This document shows positions 63,170 to 64,000 of a stretch of 64,000 nt of DNA, in pieces (position 1 is the stretch's first letter; every line of letters starts with the position of its first letter). The notes below the pieces were generated by a model. It was not told the DNA's origin, searched no databases, and worked only from the letters and a program-made list of their open reading frames with translations. The DNA is taken from contig JAKMXF010000364.1 in assembly GCA_024704765.1 (NCBI GenBank), positions 1-64,000 of the forward strand, given 5' to 3'. This stretch comes from Oopsacas minuta. Lineage: Eukaryota > Animalia > Porifera. Both the position numbers and the translations under genes were made by a program.

Positions 63170-64000
63170 ATCGTGAATATGTGCAGACAGTTGAAATTGA
63201 AGTGATACACTTGCTGATATTTATCAAGATTTTTCATTAATTTCAACACCGTGAATAAGTTTGAACTTCTCCACGATGATACCCATACTTTGCAGGGTTG
63301 TTCATTCTATTTCAACTGTATGCACAGACTCACGGAGAGACTGACCTGTAACATGTATTTCCATTCAATTTCAATTGTCTAAATATATTCCCATTCATAT
63401 TGATATGTAACAAGTCTTTTCGTTCAATTTCAATTTAATGCAATTATTCATAGTGATACCGACCTGAATATTATTTTCATTAAATTTCAAATTTCTGAAC
63501 ATATGCACTTTGATTCAAATATACGATAAGTGATTTATATTTAAATTCAAATTTAATTTTTATTGAAATTCAACAGTCTGGACTAGTTCACCAAGATACT
63601 GAACTGTAATCAGTTTGTTAATTGAAATATCTACTGCCGGCACGTACAGTGATACTGAACAGTACAAAATATTTTCCTTAGATCTCAACTTTCGCCACTT
63701 ATTCACGGTGATATTGACCTTAATACGTTTTTCTACTATTTTCAACTGTCTGCACATATTTAATGTAATAGTAATATATCAAGGTTACTCATTCTATTTT
63801 AACTCTCTACCTATATTCATTGTGATACTGACCTGTAACCTAGTTATTTCATTGAATTTCAACTATTTGCACGTAGCCCCGGTTATACAGACCTGGAATA
63901 TGTGGTTTCTTTGAATTTCCACTGGCCGCTCTTTTCCACTTAAATACTGGGCAGAAATATGCTTTGCAGTTCAATTTCAAGTGTCGGAAGGTATTCACAG
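63170..64000 (+). repeat. ~59-bp minisatellite array (mostly forward orientation), runs off window end
   Basis: Repeated attcaatttcaactgtctgcac...gtgatactgacctgtaac units from ~63240. One reverse unit at ~63170-63210. Confidence 0.8.

Noticed and set aside
56440-64000. CRISPR-like array in the 59-bp repeats (also 27620-27990) and the ~40-bp repeats
   Set aside because: Units are contiguous and degenerate along their whole length with no constant-repeat/unique-spacer pattern. No cas genes; eukaryotic context.

Overview
AT-rich eukaryotic (animal-type) genomic DNA made almost entirely of nested, decayed cut-and-paste DNA transposons around one intact host gene, an intronless 880-aa Hsp110 (HSPA4/HSPH1 family) on the minus strand at 30482-33124. 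The species cannot be fixed from the sequence. Recognisable elements, most with terminal inverted repeats (TIRs) and target-site duplications (TSDs) read directly from the sequence: Tc1; two apparently identical inverted mariner copies; maT/DD37D; four hAT elements or remnants; two Chapaev pieces; a THAP/P-superfamily element containing a nested 8-bp-TSD element that in turn contains a Ginger-type integrase transposon; a Transib (RAG1-core-like) element; a Merlin (IS1595-like) element; many MITEs and foldbacks; and 59-bp and ~40-bp tandem repeats. Every transposase is broken by stops or frameshifts. I found no tRNA, rRNA, CRISPR array or recognisable reverse transcriptase. The most notable signal is the 3.0-kb Transib element, with a 5-bp TSD and asymmetric RSS-like ends (heptamer CACAGTG/CAAAGTG plus a shared TGTGGAAATAG block at spacings that differ by 9 bp). 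Also notable are the three-layer P/MITE/Ginger nest, the inverted pair of dead mariners, and a large foldback with oppositely oriented satellite arrays on its flanks. All alignments were done by eye, so coordinates of degenerate features are approximate.
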